Shown: positions 26,514 through 35,658, numbered from the stretch's first letter. The stretch: 56,284 nucleotides of DNA from an uncultured Bacilli bacterium (GCA_944372245.1 CALVYN010000003.1:1-56284); one strand, 5' to 3'. The notes: generated from the sequence alone by a model not told the origin. Numbers and translations are program-made.

Positions 26514-27802
26514 TGGTCTACGTCATCCTGGGTGAGACCGCCTCGGGCAAGACCGACTGCGCCCTGGCCATCTGCCGGGCGCTGAACCTGCCCCTGATTT
26601 CGGCCGACGCCTATGCGGTCTATCGCGGCTTCGATATCGGCTCGGCCAAACCGACCCCTGCGGAACTGGAGGGAATCGAGCACTACTTCATCGACGAGCA
26701 GGACTTCGGCCAGGAGATCTCCGCCTTCGAGTTTCAAAGGCGCGGGCGCGCCCTGTTGGACCGCTTTGCAAAGGAGGGGCGCGACTGCGTGGTGGCCGGA
26801 GGAACCTTCCTCTACGTTCGCACCCTCCTCTTCCCCTACGAGTTCCCCGACGACGAGTACGAGCACTTCGACATCCCGCCCGGAGAGCTCCAGACCTTCG
26901 TCGCCCAGCTTCTGAAGTACGACCCGGAGGCGGGAAGGGTCGTCGACCTGAAGAACCCCCGCCGGGTCGAGCGAGCCCTGGCCCTGGCCCGGGCGGGCGT
27001 GGCCCGCTCCAAACTGGTCGACCGTTTCGTCAACAATCCCCTCTATCCGGCCATCTTCATCCGCCTCGAGACCGACCCTGACGAGGTGCGCGCCCGCATC
27101 GCGGCTCGGGTGAGAAAGATGATGGAGGCGGGCCTGGTCGGGGAAACCCAGCGGCTCATGGCCCAGGCGCCCGACTACGCCCCGCACTTTCGGGGCATCG
27201 GCTTTAGGGAGATCTGCCATCGACTATTGAACGAGCAGTCCCTGGAGGGCATCGAGGAGGAGATCGTGATCGACACCCGGCAGTACGCCAGGCGCCAGCG
27301 GACCTTCATGCGTCACCAGTTCCCCTACACGGTGGTCCTGCCCCGCGAGAAGGTGGTTCCCCTGGTGGTCGAAGATGTGAGAATGAGAGGAGGAGCACAG
27401 ATGGCAAACGATATGCAGATGGACCTGCCCCTGGTCCCGCAGATGGCGATGGAGTTCACCCCCTGGATCGATCAGCTCTACCGCTCCGGGGTGCGCCAGA
27501 TCGGCATCTTCACCCTCGATAGGGGCATGGTGGAGGACTTCGTCCGCGCCGTCCACCAGCACTCGCCCCTGATGCAGATTCTGATCTTCGACGACTTGGA
27601 GATCAAAAAGGGCAAGCTGCCGGTCTTCTCCTACGCCCTGCCCACCCCCGAGGGCGTGAGGCTCGACCCGATCATCGTGGACTACATCAAGCAGAACAAC
27701 ATCGCCACCAAGAGCGTGGAGGAACTCCACCTGCCGCCGCAGGGTGCAAGCGAGATGGCGGCGCTCAAGGGCGAGAAGGAGGCCAAGTCATGGAAGGTCT
27801 AG
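26513..27802 (+). CDS. miaA: tRNA dimethylallyltransferase MiaA continuing in frame into a ~133-aa C-terminal module
   Basis: P-loop GETASGKT. The MiaA core ends near RQYARRQRTFMRHQF (about 27325). The GTG start at 26513 lies 9 nt after GAGGAG and overlaps the mutL TAG. There is no stop codon until 27802. Confidence 0.85.
   Translation: MVYVILGETASGKTDCALAICRALNLPLISADAYAVYRGFDIGSAKPTPAELEGIEHYFIDEQDFGQEISAFEFQRRGRALLDRFAKEGRDCVVAGGTFLYVRTLLFPYEFPDDEYEHFDIPPGELQTFVAQLLKYDPEAGRVVDLKNPRRVERALALARAGVARSKLVDRFVNNPLYPAIFIRLETDPDEVRARIAARVRKMMEAGLVGETQRLMAQAPDYAPHFRGIGFREICHRLLNEQSLEGIEEEIVIDTRQYARRQRTFMRHQFPYTVVLPREKVVPLVVEDVRMRGGAQMANDMQMDLPLVPQMAMEFTPWIDQLYRSGVRQIGIFTLDRGMVEDFVRAVHQHSPLMQILIFDDLEIKKGKLPVFSYALPTPEGVRLDPIIVDYIKQNNIATKSVEELHLPPQGASEMAALKGEKEAKSWKV
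27401..27802 (+). CDS. Candidate internally initiated cistron in the hfq position (133 aa), in frame with miaA
   Basis: GAGGAGGAG at 27387-27395 lies 5 nt before the ATG at 27401. The position is equivalent to hfq. Sm1/Sm2-like patterns are weak (IGIFTLDRG..., GKLPVFSYALPT). Confidence 0.35.
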   Translation: MANDMQMDLPLVPQMAMEFTPWIDQLYRSGVRQIGIFTLDRGMVEDFVRAVHQHSPLMQILIFDDLEIKKGKLPVFSYALPTPEGVRLDPIIVDYIKQNNIATKSVEELHLPPQGASEMAALKGEKEAKSWKV

Positions 27803-29403
27803 AGAGGATTCAGGAGGTCGCCGCCAGGGCGGGCCTCGACGCGGCGGACATCATCCCCTACGGCCGCTACTTCGCCAAGGTCGACTTCGGGGTCGATCCC
27901 GCGCCCCAGCCGGGCTCCAAGGTGATCTTAGTGACCGCCATGACCCCGACCAAGGCCGGCGAGGGCAAGACCACGACCGCCATCGCTCTGACCGATGGCC
28001 TGAATCGGGTTCTGGAAGGAACGGGAAAGCGGGCGACCGTCGCCCTGCGCCAGCCCTCGATGGGCCCGGTGTTCGGCCTCAAGGGCGGGGCGACCGGCGG
28101 CGGCGAGGCCAGCGTCCTGCCCAGCGATGAGATCAACATCAACTTCACTGGTGACATCCACGCCCTGACCGCGGCCAATGCGCTCATCTCGGCGGTGATC
28201 GACAATTCGATCTTCCACGGCAACCCGCTGGGCATCGACCTGGACCGGGTCGTCTTCCCCCGCGCGGTCGACATGAACGACAGGGCGCTGAGAAGGATCA
28301 GGGTCGGCATCGACAAGAAGCATCCCGAGGGCCATCTGGAGACGACCGTCATCACCGCGGCCAGCGAGCTGATGGCGATCTTCTGCCTCGCCCGCAGCGA
28401 GGACGATTTCGCCCAGCGAGTCAATGACATCGTCTGCGCATACACCCTCGATGGCCGGCCGGTCAGAGTCGGAGAGTTCCGGATCGAGAACGCCATCCGC
28501 AAGATCGTGAGGGAGGCTCTGCTCCCCAACATCGCGCAGACCAAGTATGGCAGTCTAGCCTTCATCCACGGCGGCCCCTTCGCCAACATCGCGCACGGCT
28601 GCTGCTCCATAAGAGCTATCCAGGCGGGGCTACACACCTCCGATTACTGCGTGACCGAGGCCGGCTTCGGCGCCGACCTGGGAGGCGAGAAGTTCATGGA
28701 CCTGCTCTGCCCCAGGGCGGGCATCGCTCCGGCCTGCACCGTCGTGGTCGCCTCGGTCCGCTCGTGCAAGCTCCAGGGTGGAGTCAGCTACGAGAACCTG
28801 GGTGTGGAGGATGTCTCCGCCACGGTGGCCGGCGCGGCCAATCTGCTGCATCACCTCCGGGTCATGTCCGAATATGGTGTCCCTGTAATCTGTTGCATCA
28901 ACGCCTTTGATAGTGATTCTCAATCTGAGATTGATGCTTTAAAGATGGAAGTTGAAAAGGCGGGCTTTAGCGCTGTCTGCTGCCGGGGCTATACCGAGGG
29001 CCCCGAGGGCTCTGTCGACCTGGCCCGCGCGGTCATCGCCACGTGCGAGAAGCCCTCCGCCTTCAAGCCGCTGGTTAAGCCGGGGCAGGAGATTCGCTCG
29101 GCGGTCACCACCATCTGCCAGCAGGTCTACGGCGCTGAAGGGGTCAGCTTCAGCCCGCGGGCGGAGGCGGACATCGCCTCGATCGAATCTATGGGTCTCG
29201 AGGGCCTCGGTGTCTGCATCGCCAAGACGCCCCTGTCTCTCACCGACGATCCTGCGGTCCTAGGCTGCCCCAGAGGATTCACCATCAACATCTCCTCCGT
29301 CCGCCTCTCGGCCGGAGCGGGATTCGTCGTGCCCGTGAGCGGCTCGACCCTGCTGATGCCCGGCCTGCCCAGCGTGCCCGCCGCAGTTGACATGGAGGAC
29401 TAG
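27790..29403 (+). CDS. fhs: Formate--tetrahydrofolate ligase
   Basis: Signature PTKAGEGKTTT. AAGGAGG lies 7 nt upstream. Confidence 0.95.
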   Translation: MEGLERIQEVAARAGLDAADIIPYGRYFAKVDFGVDPAPQPGSKVILVTAMTPTKAGEGKTTTAIALTDGLNRVLEGTGKRATVALRQPSMGPVFGLKGGATGGGEASVLPSDEININFTGDIHALTAANALISAVIDNSIFHGNPLGIDLDRVVFPRAVDMNDRALRRIRVGIDKKHPEGHLETTVITAASELMAIFCLARSEDDFAQRVNDIVCAYTLDGRPVRVGEFRIENAIRKIVREALLPNIAQTKYGSLAFIHGGPFANIAHGCCSIRAIQAGLHTSDYCVTEAGFGADLGGEKFMDLLCPRAGIAPACTVVVASVRSCKLQGGVSYENLGVEDVSATVAGAANLLHHLRVMSEYGVPVICCINAFDSDSQSEIDALKMEVEKAGFSAVCCRGYTEGPEGSVDLARAVIATCEKPSAFKPLVKPGQEIRSAVTTICQQVYGAEGVSFSPRAEADIASIESMGLEGLGVCIAKTPLSLTDDPAVLGCPRGFTINISSVRLSAGAGFVVPVSGSTLLMPGLPSVPAAVDMED

Positions 29404-29406
29404 GAC

Positions 29407-30234
29407 ATGACTCCGCTACTTGGAAAGCCCCTGGCCAAACGGGACGAGGAATCCGTCGCCAGGATGAGGGAGGCGATCGGGACCATCAACCTCTGCTGCA
29501 TCTACGACCCCGCCTCCAGCGACGCAGTCTCCTATCTGCACCAGCTGCAGGCGACCGGCCGGAGGTTGCAGACGGCGGTCGAACCCATCGCCTGCTCGAG
29601 CCTGGCCGAGGCTTGGAAGATCAAACAGAGGTTGACCCATCCGAATCCTCTGGACTCCTTCGTCGTCCTGAGACCTCTGCCCTTCGCTGACAGCGAGCTG
29701 ATCAGCCTCCTGCCTGCCGAGCGCGACCCCGACTGCCTCGGCGCAGCCGCCAGGAGCGCCATCTACTCCGGCGATAAGAACCTGCTGCTTCCGGGGACGG
29801 CCCGCTCGGTCATGGAGCTGATCGCCGCGACTGGGGTGGCTATCAGGGGAAGGAGAGCGCTGGTCATCGGGCGCTCGCTCTCGGTCGGCCTCCCCCTCTT
29901 TATCGCTCTGATGCGGGCTGATGCCTTCGTGTGCCTGGCCCCCTCCAAGGTCAGTCCGGCCCAGATCGCCGCGGCCGCCCGCGAGGCGGATATCATCGTT
30001 CTCGCCTCGGGAAAGAGGGGGCTGGTCCCTCCCGAGTCGATCCGCGCAGGCCAGATGATCATCGACTGCGGCTACCACGCCAGCGACCGCGGTGGCGACC
30101 TGGGTTTCGTCCCGCCTGAGGACCTGCCGGGCTTCTATACTCCGGTGCCCGGTGGCGTGGGCCCGCTGACGGCTGTCTCCCTGTTCTATAACGCCTACTC
30201 TGAGCTATCTAGGAGTCTCACTGATGGGCGATAG
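29407..30234 (+). CDS. folD: FolD-family methylenetetrahydrofolate dehydrogenase/cyclohydrolase homolog (divergent N-terminal domain)
   Basis: C-terminal NAD(P) domain motifs VIGRSLSVGLP, ADIIVLASGK, IIDCG, TPVPGGVGPLT. N-terminal motifs are altered. Confidence 0.8.
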   Translation: MTPLLGKPLAKRDEESVARMREAIGTINLCCIYDPASSDAVSYLHQLQATGRRLQTAVEPIACSSLAEAWKIKQRLTHPNPLDSFVVLRPLPFADSELISLLPAERDPDCLGAAARSAIYSGDKNLLLPGTARSVMELIAATGVAIRGRRALVIGRSLSVGLPLFIALMRADAFVCLAPSKVSPAQIAAAAREADIIVLASGKRGLVPPESIRAGQMIIDCGYHASDRGGDLGFVPPEDLPGFYTPVPGGVGPLTAVSLFYNAYSELSRSLTDGR

Positions 30235-30760
30235 GTATCGCTTTCTGATCATGTCCGATACCCACGGCGATATCGAGCATATGACCAGCATCGTCGATCG
30301 GCACCGCGTCGACTGCACCAACTTCTTCCACCTGGGCGACTCCGAGGTCTCCCCCTACGTCATCAACTCCCTCTTTCTGGGGGTGCGGGGCAACTGCGAC
30401 TACTTCGCGGGCCTGCCTGTCACCCGAGATATCCCCTTCCCCTTCGGCCGGGTCCACTTAGAGCACGGCAACCGCTACGACGGCATCACGGACGAATATA
30501 TCGACAGCCTGGGCTGCGCTATCTTTCTGAGCGGACACACCCACCGCAAGCTGGTGCGCCGGACACTCAAGGGGGTCTGGGTGCTCAATCCCGGCAGCCT
30601 GACCAGACCGCGCGACGGCGACCTCGGCAGCTATCTCACCTGCGATGTCGACCAGGAGACGGGCCAGCTCTCCAACGTGATCTTCCACCTGGTCGACCCG
30701 GAGACAGGAACCGAGTTTGAAACCCTAGATGGCTTAAAAGCCTTTGAAAAGCATCTTTAA
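30224..30760 (+). CDS. YfcE/MJ0936-family metallophosphoesterase
   Basis: Motifs LIMSDTHGD, GNCD, GHTH. Confidence 0.85.
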   Translation: MGDRYRFLIMSDTHGDIEHMTSIVDRHRVDCTNFFHLGDSEVSPYVINSLFLGVRGNCDYFAGLPVTRDIPFPFGRVHLEHGNRYDGITDEYIDSLGCAIFLSGHTHRKLVRRTLKGVWVLNPGSLTRPRDGDLGSYLTCDVDQETGQLSNVIFHLVDPETGTEFETLDGLKAFEKHL

Positions 30761-30785
30761 ATAAATAACCTAACTTGCTTAATAG

Positions 30786-30812
30786 ATCCGCCCGATGGTG
30801 GCGGATTTTTTG
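30786..30812 (+). terminator. Rho-independent terminator ending the long mutS..yfcE transcription unit
   Basis: ATCCGCC-cgatggt-GGCGGAT followed by TTTTTT. Confidence 0.8.
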
Positions 30813-30846
30813 AAATTGAAGATAGAGATAGGCGGAGGACTGCGCC

Positions 30847-32820
30847 GTGGAGTTGAGAGAGGTCTGTTTCGCCTATGCGCCCGAGGGAGAGCTGATCCTC
30901 GACCGGGTGAGTCTTCGGCTGCCCAAGACCGGTCTCATCTCGATCCTCGGTCCCTCCGGCTGCGGCAAGACGACCCTGCTCCATCTGCTGGCTGGTCTAC
31001 TTGAACCCACCTCGGGGAGCGTCATCTCTGATGGCGAGAACAGACCCGCACTGGTTCTGCAGGAGGCCGCTCAGATCGGTGGCATGACCGTGGAGGACAA
31101 TGCAGCTCTCCGGGCCATTCTCTCGGGTGAACCGGAAGCTTCCGCCCGGTCTAGAGCGTCGAAATGGTTGGAGGAAGTGGGGCTTCTCGATCTGAAGGAC
31201 AAGAGAGCAGGTGAGCTCTCAGGTGGCGAGCGCCAGCGCCTGAGCCTCTGTCAGGCGGCTTGCTCGGATGCTGAGATCATCCTGGCGGACGAGCCGACTG
31301 GTGCCCTGGATTCAGCAAACGCGCAGAGGGTCATGGAGATCCTCTCGCGCCTGTCCAATGAGCGCCTGGTGATCGTGGTCACCCACTCGGAGAGCCTAGC
31401 CTGGAACTGGTCGACCCAGATCTTTCGCATGAGAGATGGACGTCTATTTCAGGCGGAAGCAAAACAATCCCTGGTCTGCCTCACTCCCAAGCGCCATCGA
31501 GAGTCTTCAGATGAGAAGAGAGGCCGGGGTGTCAGCTTCAGGACGCGGATAAAGCTGGCCTGGGGCATCCTTCTAGGGCGGCGGTCGCGGATGATTCTCT
31601 CCTCTCTTGCGACGGGATTCGCCTTCGCCTGTCTCGCCGTGGCCATGGCCATCGGTCTCACCTCCAAAGACTTCTCACAGGGAATCTATAACTCCTTCTT
31701 TGCTCCGGGCACGGCCCTGATTTCGGAGCGGGTCGATGTGGCTCAGGGGCAGGGGATGACCCTAGCTCGCCAGAGCGAGCTGACGGAGGAGACGAAAGAA
31801 GATCTCAAGCGGGACACAGGAGCAGACTTCTATTGGAACCTCTCCTACTTTATCCCATCCTCTGGGAGTATCCAGCTGGCCCGCGAGGTCGTGGATTATG
31901 GTATCGAACCCTATCTTGAACCCGGAGCGGTGAGTCTTGGCCGGCTTCCTAGACACGCGCGCGAGGCGGTGGCCAACTCTGCTTTGGCTACGGCGTTGAA
32001 CATCCCGGCCGAAGCTCTGATTGGCAAGACCTTCGGCAGTTTTGTCGACCGCGAGGTACCCATCTATCTTTCCAGCGGGACGGAGACACTCCGCTATATC
32101 CAGGACTGGCACTTCACCATCGTGGGAGTGGCTCAGGAGAATGAGGCTTTCAACTCCCCGGTGATCTACTATGCCTATCAGCTCTGCTGGTCTGAGCTGA
32201 GGCAGACGAGTCTTCTGGGCGAGATGGAGATGACGGTCGGCGACCTGCTGGACGAGGACGATTATGCCGGAACCGATGTCAGAGGCTATGCCACGGTCGT
32301 CTTCGCTGAGGATGATCTCTCCCTTCGCGAGTGGGTCAAGGGCGCTGGCGATTCCATCTCCTGCAACTCGCGGGCTATCAACTCATATCAAGCTGGGCAG
32401 GACATCTCGACCGCCATCGCTAAACTCGCCCTCATCTTTCTGGGCTGTGCGGCGGTCATCGCCCTGTTTCTCGAGTACTATTCGGCCTCTTCAATCTGTT
32501 TGGAAACCGTCCGAGAGTGCGCTCTGATCCGGCTCTGCTCACGGGCTAGGCACAGCTTCTTCAAGGCGGTTTCCGGCGTGTCCTTCATCTTTTCTACGGC
32601 GGCTATTCTGGGATTCGGCTTAAGTTTTTCTATCCTTTCAATCCTGGTCCCCAATATATTAAAAACTCTGGGATTGCCTTCGGGGATGTTCATCATCTCA
32701 CCGCTGGCCCTCCTGTTATCTCTGCTGGCTATGACCCTCCTATCCCAGATCTTCTGCAGCCTTCCGTTTCACCGGATGAGCCACGAGAGGCTTCAGGCTT
32801 CCTTGAGGTCGGAGAGATGA
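30847..32820 (+). CDS. MacB-like fused ABC ATPase / FtsX-type permease
   Basis: Walker A GPSGCGKT, signature LSGGERQRL, Walker B ILADEPTGALD, H-loop VTHS. These are followed by TM1, an extracytoplasmic domain of about 270 aa and 3 C-terminal TMs. GTG start lies 8 nt after GGAGG. Confidence 0.85.
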   Translation: MELREVCFAYAPEGELILDRVSLRLPKTGLISILGPSGCGKTTLLHLLAGLLEPTSGSVISDGENRPALVLQEAAQIGGMTVEDNAALRAILSGEPEASARSRASKWLEEVGLLDLKDKRAGELSGGERQRLSLCQAACSDAEIILADEPTGALDSANAQRVMEILSRLSNERLVIVVTHSESLAWNWSTQIFRMRDGRLFQAEAKQSLVCLTPKRHRESSDEKRGRGVSFRTRIKLAWGILLGRRSRMILSSLATGFAFACLAVAMAIGLTSKDFSQGIYNSFFAPGTALISERVDVAQGQGMTLARQSELTEETKEDLKRDTGADFYWNLSYFIPSSGSIQLAREVVDYGIEPYLEPGAVSLGRLPRHAREAVANSALATALNIPAEALIGKTFGSFVDREVPIYLSSGTETLRYIQDWHFTIVGVAQENEAFNSPVIYYAYQLCWSELRQTSLLGEMEMTVGDLLDEDDYAGTDVRGYATVVFAEDDLSLREWVKGAGDSISCNSRAINSYQAGQDISTAIAKLALIFLGCAAVIALFLEYYSASSICLETVRECALIRLCSRARHSFFKAVSGVSFIFSTAAILGFGLSFSILSILVPNILKTLGLPSGMFIISPLALLLSLLAMTLLSQIFCSLPFHRMSHERLQASLRSER

Positions 32821-35588
32821 TTCACATAGAAGGGTTAAGAAAGACCTATCCGGGCGAGGACCATGCTGCGGTCGCGGGGGTCAGCATCGACCTTCCCTCC
32901 ACTGGTCTCATCTTTCTGGTGGGTCCCTCGGGGGCGGGCAAGAGCACTTTCGCCTCGATCCTCGCCGGGATGGACGATGACTTCTCCGGACGGGTGGAGA
33001 GCTTTGGTTGGAGGTTGGATGAGTGTGACTCCAATCAGCTCTCCGCCTATCGAGCTCAGGTGGTCGGTCTCGCTTTTCAGGACGGATTTTTAGAGGAGAG
33101 CTGCCACCCATGGGAGGAGGTGAGCAAACCTCTTTTGGCTCTGGGTGAGAGCCGCCACCGGGCGGTCGAGGAGAGCCGAGAACTTCTCGTCCGCCTCGGG
33201 CTGGAGAAGGTGTTGGACCGGAATATCAGCGAGCTGTCCGGAGGCGAGAGGAAGCGGGTCGCTCTGGCGAAGGCCATGGTCAAGAGACCCAAGCTCCTGA
33301 TCGTGGACGAGCCGACCGCCGGATTGAACGAGCAGCTGGCGCACAGAGTCATGGCTGAGCTGCGAGGCGCTAGCTCCAAGGCTCTGGTCATCGTCATCAC
33401 CCACGAGAGAGATCTGGTCGACGAGGGCAGCGCTCTGATCATGGTCGACGGCCATCTGACCACCTCGGCTGTGGCTCAGATAGATGGAGGAAATCCTATC
33501 TATGAGCGGCCGGTGAAGTCGAATCTCTTCCAGCTGGTCTGCGATGCGCTGCGGAGCTTTTTGAGAGGTCTGAGGGGCTATATGGCCACCCTCTTCTCCA
33601 TGGCTTTTGCCGTGACGGTCGCCGGATTTGCCACCCTGATGGTACAAGGGGTCGGCGAGGGGATGCGTTCGGTGGTTGGCACCACCTTGGACGAGCTATC
33701 GGCGGTGGTTCAGCCCGCCTATAACGAGAATGCTGACAATCCTGAGAACATATATCTCTCGCCGGAGGAGATCTCCTCGGCCCTGGCGGTCTCACCCGAG
33801 ACGACCATGGGATATGGGGCCTGGTACATGCGCGGAGTCAATGCGACCTTCAGCGTCACCAGCGGCTTTCGGCTCCGCCTCGGGTCCTGGTCCTATCCTA
33901 GGCAGCTGGGAATGGACATCCTCTCCGAGTGCTATCCGCTGGCCTCCCGGCCCGGCGTGGCTCTCTTTCCTGAGATCGTTGGCCACCTGGCCAGCGACGA
34001 GGTGGTCCTGGGTCTCCCCGATGGTATGTATGAGGCTCTGATCGACCGAGCGGGAGGCTTGGACGAGCTGCACTCCGCCCTGGAGGAGGAACAGGTGCTG
34101 CTATCGGGCAGCGCTGGAATCGAGGAGGCTCAAGGGGTCAAGGAATTCAATCTGAAGGTCGTCTCGCTCTTCTCCTCTTCCTCCGTAGTCATCCTTCACA
34201 CCGACCCTCTTTTCGCCAGCCAATTCTTCGAGGGTCAATTAGGGATGGAAAGCTCATACGATATGGCTAGCGTCGACCCGCTTCCCTATACCCTGAAGAA
34301 GGCGGGCGTGGTCTGGGTTGCCCGAGATGAGCTAGGGAACTTCCTGAGGGATATCCTGCTCGCTCCGGATTGGGGCAATCGAGTCCTCGTCCGCCTCTGC
34401 GAGGACGAGGAGGGGCAGGCCGTCGGTGTGGGCTGCATCTATAAGACCAGCCCCGAGGCGGCACCCCAGGACTGTTTGGATATGTATCTGAACTCGGGTG
34501 GAGCCGTAGTGGATTACTCCCTCTCGAGCCCGGTCTATACCTATGTCTCTGGAGGTATGTATGAGGGGTTTGCTACTCCCCTCTTTCTCTCGGCGCGCAG
34601 AGAGGCCCTGAATATCGTGGCCGATGAGAACGCACTGACCGACTACGCTCTGACGGGCTACTCGTTCGCCGATGGTGAGCTGCCGGATGGGGTCCTCTCA
34701 TCCAGCCTGGCTGATTCGGTCATGGGAGAGGGCATCGACTTTGCCACTCCGACTCGCCACGCCCTCCTTCTAGGCCAGGTGCCTTGCGACGATGCGCAGA
34801 TCGGAGTGACGGTCGAGCTGGCCAAACGGCTCTACGGCGAAGTTTCCACTGCATTGGGACGGACGCTCAATCTTCTGATGCTGGACAGCGTCCGCGAGGT
34901 CGAGGGCGGCTACGCCAACGGATTCATGGAGGTGACCCTGAGGATCTCCGGAATCTTTGAAGGAGATGATCCGGTGCTGATTCACGACTCCTTCTTTCCG
35001 CAGGCCCTGGCCTTCGAGCACTCCGAGATGAGTCCCGAGAGCGTGGTCTGCGACGCCTTTGTCCTCCGCTTCGCCTCGTTGGAGGCGATGGACGAGCAGC
35101 TGATCCGCCTCAGGGAGCTGTATCCTCAATACACCTTCTCGGCTCCGGTCAGAGATATGCTGACCTCCCTCGATGCGATGGTCACCACCGTGGGGCGTGG
35201 GCTCGGCATCTTCGGGGCGGTCTCCATCGTCCTAGCGGTACTGCTCCTCTGTCTGAATCTGCTACTGGTCGTCAGGCGCTCCCAGCGCCGACTCGGCGAC
35301 CTCCTCTCGGTGGGCTTCTCCCCGGGACGGGTCCAGCTCTCTATCGTCATCCAGGCGCTCTGCATCGGATTGGTGGCGGCTCTGGAGGCAGCAGTGGGTC
35401 TATTGATCGCCGGGCGCATCGCCGCGGGACAGCTGGCGAGCATCTTCGACACGGCCGGCCTCTTCGATACGGGGCTGGCGGTGGCCCTGGCGTCCATCAT
35501 CTGCCTGGCAGCCTGCGGGCTGGCCGGCTTGACGATCTCCTTCAGAGCCAGAAAAATCTCGCCATCTTGCGCATTCCGCAATCGCTGA
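32817..35588 (+). CDS. MacB-like fused ABC ATPase / FtsX-type permease with ~500-aa extracytoplasmic domain
   Basis: Walker A GPSGAGKS, LSGGERKRV, LIVDEPTAGLN, ITHE. These are followed by TM1, a very large loop and 3 C-terminal TMs. ATGA overlap with the preceding gene. Confidence 0.85.
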   Translation: MIHIEGLRKTYPGEDHAAVAGVSIDLPSTGLIFLVGPSGAGKSTFASILAGMDDDFSGRVESFGWRLDECDSNQLSAYRAQVVGLAFQDGFLEESCHPWEEVSKPLLALGESRHRAVEESRELLVRLGLEKVLDRNISELSGGERKRVALAKAMVKRPKLLIVDEPTAGLNEQLAHRVMAELRGASSKALVIVITHERDLVDEGSALIMVDGHLTTSAVAQIDGGNPIYERPVKSNLFQLVCDALRSFLRGLRGYMATLFSMAFAVTVAGFATLMVQGVGEGMRSVVGTTLDELSAVVQPAYNENADNPENIYLSPEEISSALAVSPETTMGYGAWYMRGVNATFSVTSGFRLRLGSWSYPRQLGMDILSECYPLASRPGVALFPEIVGHLASDEVVLGLPDGMYEALIDRAGGLDELHSALEEEQVLLSGSAGIEEAQGVKEFNLKVVSLFSSSSVVILHTDPLFASQFFEGQLGMESSYDMASVDPLPYTLKKAGVVWVARDELGNFLRDILLAPDWGNRVLVRLCEDEEGQAVGVGCIYKTSPEAAPQDCLDMYLNSGGAVVDYSLSSPVYTYVSGGMYEGFATPLFLSARREALNIVADENALTDYALTGYSFADGELPDGVLSSSLADSVMGEGIDFATPTRHALLLGQVPCDDAQIGVTVELAKRLYGEVSTALGRTLNLLMLDSVREVEGGYANGFMEVTLRISGIFEGDDPVLIHDSFFPQALAFEHSEMSPESVVCDAFVLRFASLEAMDEQLIRLRELYPQYTFSAPVRDMLTSLDAMVTTVGRGLGIFGAVSIVLAVLLLCLNLLLVVRRSQRRLGDLLSVGFSPGRVQLSIVIQALCIGLVAALEAAVGLLIAGRIAAGQLASIFDTAGLFDTGLAVALASIICLAACGLAGLTISFRARKISPSCAFRNR

Positions 35589-35629
35589 AAGCGGGGAAAC
35601 GCTTTCATGGATTGTGGTCCCCTCAAGAT

Positions 35630-35658
35630 TTGACAAGAAGGGATTGCGGGGGTAAAAA
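35630..35658 (+). promoter_or_regulatory. Candidate csp promoter (TTGACA-17-TAAAAA)
   Basis: Perfect -35 TTGACA at 35630-35635, 17-nt spacer, TAAAAA(AT) at 35653. Confidence 0.5.
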
